Virus record (IMG/VR): IMGVR_UViG_3300031801_001562
Origin: a virus
Lineage: Duplodnaviria; Caudoviricetes
DNA: 64,000 nucleotides
Strand: one strand, 5' to 3'
Part shown: one piece after another, positions 62,719 to 64,000 of the stretch
How positions within the stretch are numbered: position 1 is the first letter of the stretch
Layout of the letters: each line of letters begins with the position of its first letter
Notes under the pieces: generated by a model
What the model saw: the letters and a program-made list of their open reading frames with translations, nothing else
What the model was told of the DNA's origin: nothing
The model's database searches: none
Made by a program: the position numbers and the translations under genes

Positions 62719-63099
62719 CTATTCGCCGTGTCCATTTAATTTTTCAAATTGTTCCATCTCTTTATGTTCTGGATCATCTTTTTCTTTGAACCAGTAGTCC
62801 GTGGACTTGGCCAGCACCGCGACATACGCGCCTGTCAAAATATTAATTAAATCGCGAGATTCTTCAGGCAGTATGGCAAAAAACAATAACCATACTAAAA
62901 TCAAAAATGTTATAACAATAAACATTGTTATTATAAACCGGGACCAAAAATTCATCTTTTTGCGTCGTTCAGTCCCTTCATAAATCAAAGCCTTCATTGG
63001 ATCACCTTCCCATAATTTTTCTTCACTATCATGAATCATTTCATCTATTGTATTTATCTTTCCGTCACCCGGACGGTCTTTTTTACTAGGTATCGCCAT
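62719..63099 (-). CDS. two-TM membrane protein (holin-like topology)
   Basis: Two hydrophobic segments and a charged tail. Confidence 0.6.
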   Translation of the reverse strand: MAIPSKKDRPGDGKINTIDEMIHDSEEKLWEGDPMKALIYEGTERRKKMNFWSRFIITMFIVITFLILVWLLFFAILPEESRDLINILTGAYVAVLAKSTDYWFKEKDDPEHKEMEQFEKLNGHGE

Positions 63100-63120
63100 A
63101 ATTATCTTTCCTTGTAATTA

Positions 63121-63128
63121 TATTTATA
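63121..63128 (-). promoter_or_regulatory. T4 late promoter TATAAATA
   Basis: Exact consensus, intergenic. Confidence 0.65.
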
Positions 63129-63137
63129 TATTCTTAT

Positions 63138-63467
63138 TTAACTAGAATCTGGCCCCGCTGCATTTTCACCTCTAACACATCCTAAAGAATTATACCTACT
63201 TTGTCTCCATGTATGAGTTTTTTTATTATATCTCATCCATATTTGATTCCCTCCCGAATCACAATTTTGTACATATATTTTTCCGTTTATAGTAAATATT
63301 CCAGCTCTATGGAATCCTTCTATTGGTTTAAGTGTTTCTAATGCTGTTATCCACCGTGATGTTTCAGGTTCAGATGTTCTAGCACAAGAAGCAAGTAAGA
63401 AAATAGTAGCTACTGTCAATATTATTTGTATTAAATTAAGGATAATTAAATTTAAAATTGTTTTCAT
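63138..63467 (-). CDS. putative lipoprotein
   Basis: Lipobox FLLASC after a hydrophobic leader. Confidence 0.65.
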   Translation of the reverse strand: MKTILNLIILNLIQIILTVATIFLLASCARTSEPETSRWITALETLKPIEGFHRAGIFTINGKIYVQNCDSGGNQIWMRYNKKTHTWRQSRYNSLGCVRGENAAGPDSS

Positions 63468-64000
63468 ATTATCTTTTTAGTAACTTTTTCTTCTTCTATT
63501 AACTTAGCCTCAAATTCTCTTAAACGCCTAAAAACACTTATTAATTCAATAATGGTAGGCCACGCTTTTAATAGATATTGCATTGATCCTTCTACTCTAC
63601 CAAATGCTCTTATTATTTGTTGCATTACACCTAGAGTCATTACTCCAGCAACTATGGCCGGTGCTAAGAATACATAAGCTGATAATACGTTTGCTTGTAA
63701 GTAAGCCATTCGACCAACATTAAAATATAGATAACGTATATAACTTAAAAAATGAATTTTACGAACATCCTCAAAGAATTCTTCTATTTTCTTTGGTCTA
63801 ACAGTTCCATCATCTTCTGCTATTACAAGTATTTTTCTATATGCCGCTTCTTTTGCTTGTATATCATATTCTACACCAACTAAACGCAATATGTACCCTA
63901 ATCCAATTAAAAAGGCAGTACCACCTAATGTCCAAAGTAACGCACCTGTAATCAATCCATATTCCCAATCACCAAAAAAGAATATTGGAATACCCATTGA
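63464..64000 (-). CDS. sbmA: SbmA/BacA-family peptide transporter, C-terminal part (5' end outside the window)
   Basis: EY..Q..EAAYRK.LV..ED, YF...R..Y.Q, LAP.I..G..TLG..QQI..AF..V..S.QYL...W.TI.EL.S...RL..FE; frame open to the right edge. Confidence 0.85.
   Translation of the reverse strand, partial: SMGIPIFFFGDWEYGLITGALLWTLGGTAFLIGLGYILRLVGVEYDIQAKEAAYRKILVIAEDDGTVRPKKIEEFFEDVRKIHFLSYIRYLYFNVGRMAYLQANVLSAYVFLAPAIVAGVMTLGVMQQIIRAFGRVEGSMQYLLKAWPTIIELISVFRRLREFEAKLIEEEKVTKKII

Noticed and set aside
1760-62983. Numerous plus-strand ORFs and short alternative-frame minus ORFs in the track (for example 31629, 31684, 34813, 34998, 43940, 52245, 53190)
   Set aside because: They lie antisense to, or out of frame within, well-supported genes and have no motifs or RBS; expected shadows of a one-strand operon array
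1-64000. Stop-codon reassignment or programmed frameshifts
   Set aside because: Core genes are full length under the standard code, TAA, TGA and TAG all occur at true gene ends, and no split genes were seen

Overview
About 64 kb of a large, AT-rich, lytic T4-like myovirus genome, probably uncultured and aquatic. The ISC-type iscU/iscA, sbmA and bS21 genes suggest a proteobacterial host (inference). Essentially all real genes are on the minus strand, and the plus-strand ORFs in the track are antisense shadows. In transcription order (right to left): a partial SbmA/BacA transporter and small membrane or lipoproteins; the T4 core (gp17, gp18, two gp19, gp20, gp21, gp22, gp23, gp3, uvsY, uvsW, gp55, gp47, gp46); peptide deformylase, queD and queE; a ~15 kb virion/tail-fibre block with a 2494-aa repeat adhesin; asnB-like and GT8-like genes and bS21; IscU with two IscA; a GT25, HtrA and an AAA+ ATPase; a ~13 kb tailoring/glycosylation island (4 SGNH-like paralogs, 4 'DELFDYSFD' GT-like paralogs, 3 Fe(II)/2OG-type oxygenases, a B12 radical SAM enzyme, an amidinotransferase and a short DegT aminotransferase); SET-domain and SpeD-like genes; and a candidate ~148-nt structured ncRNA near the left edge. 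T4 late promoters (TATAAATA) recur. I saw no tRNA, CRISPR array, integrase or transposase. The best candidates for new biology are the modification island (its SGNH paralogs all end in F-[IV]-Y-[DE], resembling the T4 sliding-clamp-binding motif), the ncRNA, and proteins with capsid-targeting-like leaders, including the AAA+ ATPase. All family calls come from motif recognition by eye; no database searches were run.
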